64,000 bases of DNA from the human T2T-CHM13v2.0 reference genome, Homo sapiens. Positions 41,952 through 55,799 of this stretch are shown here, one piece after another; the stretch's first letter is position 1, and each line of letters starts with the position of its first letter. The stretch lies in the NCBI RefSeq assembly GCF_009914755.1, contig NC_060929.1; one strand, written 5' to 3'. The position numbers and the translations under genes were made by a program. Under the pieces are notes generated by a model. It did not search any database, had not been told where the DNA came from, and was given only the letters and a program-made list of their open reading frames with translations.

Positions 41952-41976
41952 AAAATAAATAAATAAATAAATAAAA
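41952..41976. repeat. (TAAA)n simple repeat
   Basis: aaaataaataaataaataaataaaa. Confidence 0.85.
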
Positions 41977-43699
41977 AGTGTTGACCTCACCCAGGCCCAT
42001 TTACCGCACTATTTACACTATTGCCACACAGCCTGGCAGCACCAGGAACCTGTGTTCCCAAGAAATGGAAGAGGCCAGCAGGGAAGCACCCATGGGTCTG
42101 CTCCAAGCCCTTCCTGGGCAGGGCTTCCCGGCAGAGTTACACAACAGCTGATACATCTGTGCACACTCCCGGAGCCTCCACTCCGACAGGAGCTAAATTC
42201 ATCCATCAGTGAGAAAACAAAGTAGAAGGGAAAAAAAGCTGGGGACTCCAGGTTAAAAAACAACCACAAAAGATTTTCAAAGCAACTTCTTCAAAGGCCC
42301 TTTTATATTTATTTTAAGGAGACATTTCAATTTAAGTGACGTTGTCAATCATTTTCTTTTTCAAATATGACAATGCTATTTTACCCCTACTTCTTTCTCA
42401 TGGCTGGATGGAAATGAAGGGGAAAGTTATCTTCCTTACCCAAAAAATCACACAAAGAACATCTTGGCAAGGGCAAATAACTTAAATGTTTTGTTTTCAG
42501 TGTTCTTAATTTAGCTATTTTCCATTAACTTACTATTGTCATAAAAAAGTGCTCTGATTAAATAAACTTTATATACAGCATACCAAATACTTTTCTGAAG
42601 TTATCGTTTGGGAATACAGCAGACTAAAAGAAAGGAAGAGCATGGGCTGCTGCTCACAAAGTGGTGAACATGCCAAAGTATAATTTAAAAAAAAACCCTT
42701 TTTTCATAGGAATGAAAACCATTTCAGAAACCATTAAGCCAAAATGTAGGCTACAACCATAACTTTTATATCCTAATTATTAGCCTTGGTGAAATGATCG
42801 TGTGTATAACATTTAATATGCTGTAAAATGGGATTTCAAATACCGAACCTATAAGCATCTCTTACATTCCATAGATTCCGAAGATTAAAACCAAAATCAA
42901 AAGGTGCAGAGCGGCAGCTCTGCCTCCCTAACTCCGTGAGGGGACAGGAAATCAGGGTGTAGTGTGTTCCGGGCAGTCCAGGTATTTGAAAGAGAAGCAG
43001 CTTGTCAGGTGGGCCCTGGAGGGAAGCCCATTATATCTGTGGGGGTCCTGACATTTGGGGTAATCTAAACCTTGTTACTTGCAAATCACCCCTGGTGGGA
43101 GGGAGATTTAGAATGGATGCCTCCTTACCCAAGCAATTAGATCATTTAGGAAACAGAGAAAATGGGCAATAAGGATCTCCCTCCTAGAGAGCACTTGCTG
43201 GTGTTCAATCAGATAGTTCTGACAACAGAAGATGTGGCATTTGCTGAACAAAACAGTAAATGCTGGGGCTCAGCCCCACAGAGGGCTTTGAAAATCTCTC
43301 AACGCGTAGTGCACAGAGCATCACAAAGCTATCACCTAGCATCCATAGTGTCCTTGAACACCTGAGGACCAGGCAGAACAAGGATGCATTTTTTTTTGTG
43401 AGTAACCTCTGGGAGTACCAAATGCAAGGGCTTCTTACAGACCAGGAGCAAGGTTGTTCTTGAAGAGAGGTTGTGTTCTGTGAATGATACAAAACTCTGA
43501 ACTTCAAATTACACAAAAGTAGCACTTGGAAAAAGCAAATGATGAATCCTTGTAAGTTCTAGAAATTATCTTCAGAGCCAACATAAACACTTTGAAGGAA
43601 TAAGAGCAATTCAGGCGCTGGTCCTGCAGAATTAACCACTCCCTCCTCAGTGTTCTTGGGATATTCCTCAGTTATGGCACTCGTCACGTCACCCCATAC

Positions 43700-43820
43700 T
43701 AGAATTATTTCTTTACTTGCCAAACTCCCTGAGTGCCTGGAGAACACAGAATGTCTTATTCCAATCACAACCCAAATATTTAGCACAATGCTTGGCATAT
43801 TTTAATTGCTATTTAAATAT
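43700..43820 (+). mobile_element. L2 LINE 3' end
   Basis: gagtgcctggagaacacagaatgtcttatt...atttagcacaatgcttggcatat. Confidence 0.65.
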
Positions 43821-45624
43821 AAGCTGAAAAAAATTAAGTAACTTTCTCAGATATGTGATAAACAAACTCCAAAAAACTACCATCATCTCTGATCATTCTT
43901 TAACTCCCACAATGTCTACACTGTCATTTTAGTTATCACTGTCTACATCCCCATCCTTGAGGCTGATTTGAAGCCATGTGACTTGTAAAAAATCCACTGA
44001 TGACAAACATAACCGACAACATCTAAAAGGTGAATGACAAGCAAAAGCACATGATGTCTACCGTCTAAAGCCCTGTCTATATCTCAGCTGAGGAAATAAA
44101 AGTCACACATCGAACCTTTACTTGCCTTAAAGATGTGTGTGAAAGCCACATCTTTCACAAACATTACCTGCCTGTCACGGTATCAGGGCTTGGCCGAAGG
44201 CCTTAGTGTTGGTTCAGTAATATCGGCTGTAAGCCAGATGTTTCCAGAGCTATGGGCCACATTTTCAAAAACACATGCAGTATTTCTAATGATCTTATAT
44301 GTTGGGTATATTGAGTATGAAATTGGTTTTCTACCAATCTGATTAAAAAGGAATCACCCGCAGGAAAATATTTCCTGAGGACTGCAGGAGTGAAACAGAG
44401 GCCAAAGAAGCACAATGAAAACACTGCAGTTCTACCTGGGTTTTAGCAAGTGAGCCCTAACCCTGTTTCATGAAGTAAGCTACCTGTTTCTATACTTGCA
44501 TCCATTCATTAATTAAGGATGAGGATGTATTTATTTTTCCAGATGCCCTTACAGGATGATGTGGCTCCTAGATGGTTAATTACTTAAGCCAAGGTCAAGA
44601 ACCTGCTGTGGGAAAGCCACTTGGAGCTCCTCGGCAACTTGTGTTTAGCTCTTCAATCTGCTGGCATCAAAGGGAAATTTTCAACAGCACACAAATGCAA
44701 GGGAGTTTTGTTGGCAAGAAGGGCCTCTGATGGCTCTGTAATCAACTCGGCTTCAACAGGCCTTTTGCACAGACCAAAAGCAACTCAAACTTTTGGAAAG
44801 CCATTCGTTTTTTTCCTAATCAAAACACTGTCTCTTGTGTCCTAATGTCCTGTTGGAAGTGATTTCTATGAACTAAGAGAAAATTTTGTCTGTAGCAGTT
44901 TGAAAACAGAGCAAATGACACTTCTGCAAGCCTGACATTAGTGTTTTGTTTTTAATTGAAATCCAACATCAAATAACATGCCTGCAATCAGAAGAGGGAG
45001 AGTGGACCTTTGGAAAAATGGGGTTTCAGTGGATTTCACTGCCCAGAGAGATGGGGGCTGTTTTCCATTTCCCTTAAGCGATATCAAAAGTTGTATTTTT
45101 TCAAATACAGAAGTGAGAAGCAGAAAAAGGTAGCTTTCCTTCTCTTCCTGAAGTATAGAAAAGAGCTAGTAGACAAGTCTCAAAAGATAACACAATTTGT
45201 AGGGGCCGCCCTCCTAGCACTGGTGCGGCTGCTCTGCTCATCCTCACAAATCAATCTGGTCATCTCCAGCACATCTGCTCGGGTGCTGACAAATGATGAA
45301 TTCCACCTCAGAATCCATAAGCAGAAAGAGGCTGGCTGATAAACAGCTATGAGCGGAAATGTATGCACCTTTCATAAGCAAGACAAATCACTCATTCTCA
45401 CCAAATGCTTCCAACAGGAACACTAATTCTGTATTTATTTGCACAGCATATGTACTGCGTCCGAAGCAGTGCATTAAAAAAGATCTCAGGCAGCCAATTG
45501 CTTTGATTACTTTATTCATCGTAGTATTACAAGGGCTCAATGGCAGAGCAATGAAATAGGAAGCTAGTGAAGACTGAAACACCTCGTCAATGGCTTGTCA
45601 GAGTTGAAGGTTTTTCTGGTGCAT

Positions 45625-45628
<4 letters not shown>

Positions 45629-45668
<40 letters not shown>
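45629..45668. repeat. (CA)20 microsatellite
   Basis: Perfect dinucleotide run in unique sequence. Confidence 0.97.
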
Positions 45669-45672
<4 letters not shown>

Positions 45673-47029
45673 CACCCCTGGTGTAGGAAAGAATTTTTTT
45701 TTTAAATAAAATACTGTGGCCATGCATCTTAAATTTGCCATATGCCTTTCCTGTCAACCAGCAGTTATTTTTATTAATAACTCCAAGAACATATCATGGA
45801 ATTCTTTTTTGTTTTGAGATCCGGTCATGTGACTCCTTCAACACCAGGGAACACTGGGTAAATTGTAATGTTCTAACATGCCAATGAATGGTCTCTTTTA
45901 GAGCCAAGTTGGTGATGAATTGATATTTGCTAAGGCCTAAGCAAGCACAGGGCACTATATATATTCCTTCTTCTGTGCTCTCTGCAATGATGGATGGAAG
46001 TAAGGAGCAGAAAAGAAGTCACACAGACAAGCTCAAACTGACAACCAAGCAACCACCAGTGGACTGTTTCAATCAAGCTGCAAAAGAAGTAGTTTTTTGT
46101 ATTACTTACTGTAGCTTCATTCGCCTACTGTACACATGGATCATGGATACACTGTACCATTGGCCTGTCTGAAAATTGGAATGCAGTAGAAATAGCAGAG
46201 AAGATACAACTTCCTTCGGGCCCCTAGAGGAAGGTCTTTTAAGCAAGGCATTTTCCCATAGATGCCAGTACGGGAAATTCATGCTCCCATCTTCATGAGA
46301 GATCTGACTTTTGAGAGGAAAATCAAGATGGGTTTGCTGTTTTCCTTTAATAACACTCATACCTCCCAACAACAGAAACCTCTGGGACCACAAGACAGGT
46401 GTGATGGTGTCACATAGTATCCTCCAAGCTTTGTTCTAACAACAAAGCTCTCTTGGTTAGGAATTTCTGGTTTACAGTTTAAAATGTTAGCGTAAGACAC
46501 TGATGTTCCAAAAAAAAAAAAAATACAAGCCTACTTCATGAAACCAATGCCTGTTGTGCAAATAAATACAGAGTTAGTGTTTACCCCTGGCAGGGCATTT
46601 TTCTTTGAGTTGGCTGCAGAGCATTAAAAAAGACATTAAGTAGATTATACATTTACATGAAGTCCCTTGTTATTTTTAACCATAAAAAAAAAGCATTTTT
46701 CTTTTTGATGATATATATACTAATTGTGAATGATTACAAGAGGTGACTTTGTAAGACAGTGTAATTGTGTTTTTTTCCCCCACAGAAATTTCACGGTAAT
46801 GTAACTTTGGTAAAATAGCTTAACTAAAAATCTGTTATTAAAATAAGTGCTTTTGGCTTAAATTGAATCACTATTTTTTGAACAAATAAACAAAAATCAT
46901 ACCCTAAAATAGCATTCAATTTCAGAGAAGGTGGTTTATTCTTTATGTAGTAAGCTCATATTCCTAAGACGGTCTATATAAAATTCTGTAAACCCTGTCT
47001 AAGTTAAAAATAATTGTGAAGAATAAACT

Positions 47030-47185
47030 ACCTTTAGAAAGATTCTAGAAGAAGCCATAAAAATCAAGTGATTTGAACCTTCATTTTCCAATGACGACAA
47101 TGAGGTCCAGAGAGGCAAACTAACCTACTCAAGGAAGCACATCTAACATAACTGAAACTCAACTCAAAATTAAACTTCAGAATCC
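47030..47185 (-). mobile_element. MIR fragment
   Basis: cttcattttccaatgacgacaatgaggtccagagaggcaaactaacctactcaagg. Confidence 0.6.
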
Positions 47186-47986
47186 AATTCATTATTTCAG
47201 TTGAGGTGGAGTGAGGAAAGACTACCTACACTTTTTAAAAATTTTTTTGAAGTTTAGAACCAACATAAATTTTATTAAACAATGGACTTTTAAAACAATC
47301 TCTCCCCCTTTCACACCAGAACAGTATGGAAAAATTGGATATCACATATGCAATGCTACATTAATGGTCAAAATATTTTTTTCCTGAAATTTTGCTTCAC
47401 ATTTAATATGATTATTTTTATAAGAGCAATAACTAAAAATAAAGGAATGCTGTAGATATACCTTCAGATAGTTTTTTTGCAAGGTGAGTAAGTTTCTAAA
47501 AAGATTGACAGGTAAAACTTGAAATTTGGGAAATACGTGCTTGGATTCCTGTTGTACAACGGGCTACAAGGAACTGTCACATAAATAACACAGCACTGAA
47601 ATGTACAGCTGACGTGAGCTGTTAGTAGGAGCAGTGTCTAGCAGAAGTAAAGAGGCTGATGCTGAGTATCTGTTGTATCAGTCCTTTGTTTTAAAGCCAG
47701 ATGTGCAAAATGTGAAACCACCTGTCAGTTTCCTCATCTGTAGGAAGCAGTCTTTCAAAGGTGTGTTGGCTTTGGTGGATTATGGTGGTAGGACTAGTAC
47801 TCCACCAAGTTCAACAGTGTAAAGTGGAAGAAGTCTAGCCAAGTAAAAGTCTTCGAGAGGATTTGCTCTAGACGAGATTAAGATCCCCAAACCCTCCAGT
47901 GTCTGAATTAAGTAAAATGACACAATTCTCACACTTAGTAAGAAAACATATACACTTACACATACACATTTTTGCAATTACAATTG

Positions 47987-48202
47987 TGTAATTGATTTAC
48001 CCAATAGTTTTTCCAGAATGCTTTACTTTGCAGGCTGGATATTTCTTTTCTATGCAATCTAGCTCTAGAGAAGTAAAAATTCATTCAAAGTATGCCAAGA
48101 ATGTTGCTTCCTAAAATAGTGGTCCTGACACATTTCAGAGTAAGAAAAAAAGAAAGCCCAAATTGTAATTGATTTACATGATAGTTTTTCCAGAATGCTT
48201 TA
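47987..48202. repeat. Dispersed 39-bp direct repeat (47987-48025 and 48164-48202)
   Basis: TGTAATTGATTTAC-ccA/atG-ATAGTTTTTCCAGAATGCTTTA, 36/39 identical, offset 177 bp. Confidence 0.9.
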
Positions 48203-48329
48203 TTTTTCTTTCGGATTAACAATTAATAGTGGTCAAAAACACTGAGGCTTTTAAATATATAGGCACCTCACCAATTTGTCTGGTAATTAATCAGGAAAGA
48301 ATTACATGCTGTAATCCTTTAACACAAAG

Positions 48330-48455
48330 CAGACATTATTTCACTTGATCCCCACAAAGTCTTTAAGATAAGCAAGGCAAGAACTATCCTCATTTTACAG
48401 GTAAGGAAGTGGATGCTCATAGTTTACCATACTCATATTGTTAATAAGTAGCAGC
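48330..48455 (-). mobile_element. MIR fragment
   Basis: ttatttcacttgatccccac...ctatcctcattttacaggtaaggaagtggatgctca. Confidence 0.7.
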
Positions 48456-49389
48456 TTGTTAGTCCCCTCGAACAGACTAAGAGAGAAGTATCCAGTCCCT
48501 AAGAGTAAACTGGGGTTCTTTTGAACAGATGGGCCTGGACCATCGAATTGTGTGCTCATCCATACCGAGCACCCACATCTTTCTCTATCTCACAGTCATC
48601 AAATTCAATCTCTTCAGCTCTCATTTCAAGCCTGTTGGGTCCCAGGCTTCCACAGTGGTAAGAGGGAAGGGAGAAGGGCCAGTCCTCTGATGTAGGATGC
48701 CTCTGCGTAGGGATGTCCCTGTGAGAGTCCTGGCAGTGGCCTGGGCCTTGTCCTGGGATCAGGCATTGCTGCCCTGAGTTCTGGCTCTGGCCATGAGGAA
48801 TGAGCAGCCACCTTCCCAGGCCTCCTATGCTGTCCAGATCCTTCAGCACCCATGGGGTTGCCTGACCCATGCAGAAATAGCACCTCTCAAATGTAAAAAG
48901 GGATTGGTTAGTACCTATGGCTCTCTGGAAATGGAAGTCATTCCTTATAAGGTATTTGTCTACCTTTCAACTTTTGGATTTTTGACTGTCAAACACATTT
49001 TTAGGACAGTAATCTGTAGTCAAGCTCATTATAGGGTCTTCTTAGAAAAGAAAGACATTAACAAAGAAAACTGTAAAATAGCTGTCATCACGGGCAAAGT
49101 GCCCTCACATGGTTCCACTAAATGCAGAGATGCTTTTAGATGTGCTCAGATTTCTGATGGGTACACAAAACTGTGGTCCTGAAACACAGGGAACAACTCT
49201 TGTCAGCAATATTCTGAGATGTCAAATGTCAATTTAACATGGAAATATTATAACAAGTTAATAATTTAAAAGTTCTATTTTAATATGATTGAATCATATA
49301 ATACTAATAGTAAATTGTCATTGATATAATCAATAAGTGTTTCCTCATCTTTATATGTATGCGAGACAGTGTTAGGACTACAACACTGA

Positions 49390-49585
49390 ATTTACTCCTC
49401 TTTTGACAGTATTGTAGAGGAGAATGATTATGCGCTTACCACCTACATCACAGGCAAATTGTCTAATCTTTCTGAGATTCAACTTCCCCATTTTTCAAAT
49501 GGGAAGAAAAACACATACTTTGCAGTATTGGTATAATGGCTAAATGATACGATATATGTACTGTACCTTAATAAGGCAGTTATAA
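49390..49585 (+). mobile_element. MIR fragment
   Basis: caggcaaattgtctaatctttctgagattcaacttccccatttttcaaatggg. Confidence 0.6.
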
Positions 49586-49999
49586 TTTTCATTCCTACTT
49601 TCTATATTGAAATAAAATGTATGCACTTTAGTAGACATTTCTATTCCCAAAGAATACCAAACTTTGTAGTTTCATTTCAATTTGGCCACCATCATAATAG
49701 AGACTTGTCTCAGCTGAAGTCTCGTCAAATGCCACTACTTGATAATCTGCAATGTGACTTCTAGAAGTCCTTAGAATATTTTCAGGCCCTACCAGTATTT
49801 TGGTATTCTAGGTAGACTACAGTAGTATTCTAGGTAGTATTCCTGCTAGGTACAATGAAATGAAAAACAATCAGTTTCTATAACTATAAATTTGGTAATT
49901 TTAAAAAGCTTTAGTATACAAATATCACATTATAAAATCAGGATGCTATAAAAATTGTTTAATCCAGTAGTACCCTACATTAATAAGGTGTTTTAATAA

Positions 50000-50252
50000 T
50001 ATCACATAAACTTTATATAGCACTTAATAAATGCCAGGTGATGACCTAAGAGCTTTTTATAGTATAATTATGCGTCCTAACTCATTTCATAGTCCTGGCC
50101 ACCCTGTGGCCTTAGTACCATCATCATCTTTTTTTCCAGAGATAAAAAGATAGAGATGTAGGTTAATTAACCAGCCCCAAGGTCACACAGCAGTAGGTGC
50201 AGAGCCAGGATTCAAACCCAGGCCAACTGGCATTAGAATCCATGCTCTAAGT
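50000..50252 (-). mobile_element. MIR SINE
   Basis: gccccaaggtcacacagcagtaggtgcagagccaggattcaaacccaggc. Confidence 0.8.
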
Positions 50253-50362
50253 CAAGGGTCTGCCAGTGTTTGTTTGAAGGCCAGAGAGTAAATATTTCAG
50301 GCTTTGTGGGCTACACGATCTCTGCCACAGACAATCTGTAACATGTAGTTTGCCAACTCCTG
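50253..50362 (+). mobile_element. MER58-type hAT-Charlie MITE with internal deletion, inserted in the MIR
   Basis: caagggtctgcc...gaaggccagagagtaaatatttcaggctttgtgggc...tagtttgccaactcctg. Confidence 0.75.
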
Positions 50363-50389
50363 CTTGAAACCATTACACTCTTCTGCCTC

Positions 50390-50590
50390 AGAAATGCTTT
50401 ATATTTTTCAGAGTAGTTTTACACGTAACTCATTCAATTCTCACAATAACCTTTTGTAGTAATGACATGTTCTGTTATTGCCCACTGGTCAGCAAGAAAA
50501 CGGAAGCTCAGTGAGTATCCCCCTTAAATATCCAGCAGCAGAGACTAGAGACCCACGTGCCTGGAGTCCAGATTGAGGGATCCATACAAG
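50390..50590 (-). mobile_element. MIR fragment
   Basis: aactcattcaattctcacaataacctt...aagaaaacggaagctcag. Confidence 0.6.
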
Positions 50591-51289
50591 AATTTTTTCT
50601 GATCTACTTTAGCAACTCCCTGCCGATCTCCATATTCTTCCCTACCAAACAGGACACTTAGGAAACAAATGATCAAAGTGGAAGTTATGACACCTATTTT
50701 ACCCCTCTTTGCAGTATCGATTCATTCCGTCTCTTTCCTGTCCTATCAGAAGAAAGGATGTCTCTGAACATTTACTGTAAAATTTCCCTACAAAATTTTA
50801 ATATAAAAACATGTTCTGAAAAATCTCCTAGGACATGATAATTCTTTTAAGTCTAAGAAGGAACTATAAGCAAAATATGTAAGCTTTTAAAAAAAAAAGG
50901 CTGTTAAAGATTTTACAAAGCTGAAAAAAATCTCCACTACTGTCTCCATATGACCAACACTTTCAGCTAAAAGTGTACTTTTATAGCAATCTCTCTCCTC
51001 TTCTCCTTCTATTGAGACTCAAGTTTTTTTTTTCAATATTGCCAAATGCATACACTATAAAAAGTGACTTAAAAAATTCTGGCGTTAGCAGAGTTATGCA
51101 AACCTGGCCATTTACTGTGGCCCACAACACTGCAAAACATGACCAGGGCTCTCATTACCTCTGGGAACTTCTTCTGGAAAAAGCGAGAAAATGCCTAAGA
51201 GCCTTCCACATACTAGCTTTATGGTAAATGGAAATAGCAAAAGTGTTGTAAAAAATTACAGTGCCAATAACAATACTAAGAATGATAAT

Positions 51290-51525
51290 AATAATAACTG
51301 CTAATATTAACTGAGGGCTGATTATATGCTTGGCATCATGCTCACTATGTATTAACTCACTTGATCCCCAAGTGACCCATGAGGGAAGTGCTCTTACCAT
51401 CCTCATTTAATAGGTGAGGAAACTGAGGCACAGAAAGCATAGGTAACTCATGGGAGAGAAGAAAACTGGGAAGTGACAGACTCAGTGATAACTACAGGCT
51501 CCAAAGTCTATGTTAACCATTCTTA
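51290..51525 (-). mobile_element. MIR SINE
   Basis: catcctcatttaataggtgaggaaactgaggcacagaaag. Confidence 0.8.
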
Positions 51526-51784
51526 CCATTCCATTAGTGAACAACATCTGGTGTCTACTTAGAGCAGGGCACTGTGAAAAATGTAACTGATATGTAAAGT
51601 AACTGATAACTTTTATAGTATCAGTCTGAAATCTGTTTATATGAATTGGCTTCATCTCATCAGGGAGCTCTGTATATTCATGGAGCTCTCCATTTTACAA
51701 AGCCAAGGGAATGAAGATTTTAAAAATTCAGAGAAGAATGTTCTGATGTTGTCATGTGCACCAGATATTGCAAACAGCTATCTA

Positions 51785-51990
51785 TGGTACAGTGAAGTGG
51801 AAAAGACTAGCCCATGTAATAGAACAGGATTTCTGGGTCCGGTTCCTGGTTCTGACATTTTGAGCAATAATTTTTATAAGCTGTAACATGTGGGCAATAG
51901 TAATTTACCTGTGAGGGTTAGTTTTAGGGGTAAACAAGACAATATGAGGGCACTTTGTAAACTGCAAAAGGATAAATAAATGCAAGTTGC
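51785..51990 (+). mobile_element. MIR/MIR3 fragment
   Basis: gtacagtgaagtggaaaag...ctgggtccggttcctggttctgac...gcactttgtaaactgcaaa. Confidence 0.6.
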
Positions 51991-53664
51991 TATTTTTTTT
52001 ATTATAGCCCTCCTCTAAGGAATTAGCTTTAGATATAAATTTCCCCCAGAGGGGTAATCCTAAACACAAGGCAATACAAATACACCAAGAAAGAAAGAGT
52101 GACAGGGAGAGAAAAAGAACTGCCCCAGTCCTGTTCCACTAAACACCCTGGAACTTAAAATATTTACTTGGGTTTCCCCAGGGGCCTTATTAAACTGTGG
52201 GCAGGCAGCGGCCATGACTAACAATGGGACGAGCACTCACTGCCTGCTCTGCAATCCCCAGTGACCCTGCCATGGCTCGGCTGTGGAAACGTTAGGGAAG
52301 AGAAATATGTGACACAGGGAGAGGAAAGATGGGAGCTAGGAAAGAAAAGATCTCAGCCCCACTCCACCACCGCCCCACCATCCACTGCTTTCAAAGCTTG
52401 GTGAGAGTAATCTACTCCATAGGGTCAAGGCCACAGTCACCCCAGGGAAGGCAAACCCATCCATTAGATTTTATATCCCTAAAGGGGAGAGACCATCTCC
52501 ATTTTACATCTCCCCGAGGTGTAGTTGTTTAAACATTCGGAGGAGACCTTGACCTTGAACAGAAGCTCTTACTGGACTAACATAGCCTGCTTTCTCCTAG
52601 TGGTAGAGCAATTATCTGGCAAGACACTCTACTTTGTGGCCATTGCTATTGACATTAGTGTATCTTCTTGCATATCCAATGGGAATTCTACAGAATTCAC
52701 TAAATAGATAATAGTGATGAGATGTTGATTCCTTTTATGATTTTCCTTCTACCAAATGAAACATATTGAATATTGACATTTTTGGTCTAAATTATATACA
52801 CATTATTATCATTCTGAGGGATTAGTTCTTCACAGAGTCAGTTAAAAAGGCATTTGCATGATTCTTTGTTCTTAAGAAAAAAAAGACAACCCCACACCTA
52901 GTAACTTCTTCCACACATCATTATATTTTCTTTCTTTGCAGTTATTTCTGGATTATTATTTAGCCTGGGATGTGAAAATATCTGATACTTTACAAAAGAA
53001 AATTAATACCTAGAGTTGAGAAGTAATTCCTTTGAAAAATAGAATAATTTTATGATAAAAATTCTATATGCAGAGTAAAATGAGTTTCTTCAAAGAGGCA
53101 AACTGTAACTTATGTCCAGAAAGCTGGCTGATCGCCCTATAATTTGTTAGCACTGTTTTTAAAATCATACTGATCATAACAGTTCATTCACTGAGACATT
53201 TTATTTTTTTCCAATATTTCAAGGCTAACAAATTACAAAAGGGAGAAATTAATTACACTAGAATATAAACAGATGTATATTAAAAGCACACATCTCATAT
53301 GTATCAGAAATAAAATAATTAAAGCTTCGAGCACCTTTTCTAGAATCCTCCCATTCTGATATTTCAGTTGACTTTTATGCCCCAAATAAAAGAAGTATTA
53401 CTGCTGGTGATTCTTCTATGACACTGATATGGGAAAAATTAATATTTGCATAATACATGTAAAAGCAGAATAAAACAAAAACATACCAATAATAAGTAAT
53501 GGTGAGGTTTCTCTATTTATCCTCATAGAAACATTAGGTGGAAGAGAAAGGAAACAATTATAATCATTTCAGAATTAAAAAGGAGGTAGGAAGAAACTAA
53601 TTGATAGGCAAAGAGAAATATCCATGAAGTGTATAGGGCCCTCAATTTATTTAATCCTTTGATT

Positions 53665-53850
53665 ATACCTAACAAATATCATGTGCCAAATACTGTGAGA
53701 TCAACTTCACTATCAGTAATAACCCTATGGATTAGGCACTATTTTCTATACTTTGCAGATAGGAAAACCGAGTCTTAAAAAGGCTATGTACCTTGGCCAA
53801 GGTTAAAGTGCTACTAAATGCCCGAGCCAAGATGCAAATTCCTACACCCT
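53665..53850 (-). mobile_element. MIR fragment
   Basis: aaccctatggattaggcactattttctatactttgcagataggaaaaccgagtctt...cttggccaaggt. Confidence 0.7.
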
Positions 53851-55224
53851 GCACATCTTTGGAGGGACATTTACTACTACGTTCTGCAACAGCAGCTTCT
53901 GCCAGCTGGGAGGGAGAGAGGTTACCATGCTGTCTGCCTGGCAGCTGTGCATTTCTCTAGCTGGGCTCTGAACAACTCAGAAACATTCAACTCGATCTGG
54001 AGCTGTGCCTCAGCAATTCTCGGTAACCTGGGCATTCTCACGGGTTCCCCACCTCTTGCTCTATGCAGGACACTTTGTCTAACATATCCTGCAGAGACAG
54101 ATGTAGAGAGTTGAGCAGCTTTAAAAATAATGAGTCTTGGCAAACTCTTGGCTTATTAGCCCACACACCAGTTCACATATGACTGGAATCCTCAAATCAG
54201 ATTACCTGACAGGCAATTTCATTATCTTGCTCTGGTACACCTTCAGAACCCTGAGATAGCCAGATACACATCACCCATTAATCTATTTGGTCAGCCAACA
54301 TGCAGCTTTGTAATCCTGTTCGTGCAGCTACCCATGTTCAACCATTTTTTAGTGCTTTTGTGTCCACTGTTATATGCCATTTTGTGTACAGGAGAAGAGG
54401 AATGGAGATTTTATTTGTGTTACATATTTAATTTCATCATTATTTTATTCTACAATAATTGAGGCTGAAGTCATCAATGTAAAGAGATTTTTATCCCATT
54501 ACTTCTCATCTAGTCATCTGAAACTGAATGTTAAACATTCTGCCATGTAGAGTAAGCACTGACCACAACATGGGTTTAATTAACCTGTGACAGAAGAAAG
54601 GAATGCAAAGAATGGATAATAGCTTAAAGTTAGATGTAAGATATACACATTCTTCTATAATCGTAGTGTATATAGCTAATCTGATTTTGCTACAACTGTT
54701 CATTAAATCTCAAGCCAAAAATAATGGAAAGAAACTTCTTTATTAAGTAGCAACTTGCTGCAAATCTCCATTTCAAGAATATAGTAAAAATAGCATTCTT
54801 TCTACTTCTTTCTCATCTTTCACCCAGAAGGCTGAAAAAGCAGGATGAGCTTCCCTTAGGGTGCAGAGTAAAACATCCTGGTCCTTTCAAAGCATCTCTA
54901 TCCAACTCACCAGCTCATACTCCTCCTATAAAGATCAGGCATTCCATGCAAATTGCACGACACAGTCTACGCTGCTGGACACATTCATGATTTCCCTTCT
55001 TCACACCTTGTGCCCCTCCAAAATATACCCATTCTGAGCCCTTATACTACTTACCGTCTATTTGGTCAGTAAGTCAACCCCATTGCCTCTCTTTGGCACA
55101 AAAGTATCCTAAACTGCCTTTGTGGATAAACATGCTATCCCCATCAAGGCTGTCCAGACCTGGCACTCACAGTTTCCTATCCACCTTAGTCTCTCCCACA
55201 TCAACTAGTAACCAGGAGAACTAC

Positions 55225-55420
55225 ATTTAATCCACACTTCCTATGTGCCAGGCACCATGTGAGCTGTTATATGTACACATTCTTACTTAATCTGCACAAG
55301 AGTCCTATTAGAGTTTACAACCACCACCAAAAACCTGCACAAGTTATTTGGCAACAAACTGCAAAGTAAAACTCAAATTTTCTATGCTTCAAGCTGGAAC
55401 TCTGTTCTCCTACCCATCAT
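55225..55420 (-). mobile_element. MIR fragment
   Basis: ctatgtgccaggcaccatgtgagc...cttacttaatctgcacaag. Confidence 0.55.
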
Positions 55421-55445
55421 AGTCTTCTTAATAAATAAATATCTC

Positions 55446-55799
<354 letters not shown>

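Noticed and set aside
49803-49837. 13-bp direct repeat GTATTCTAGGTAG
   Set aside because: Small local duplication with no other support
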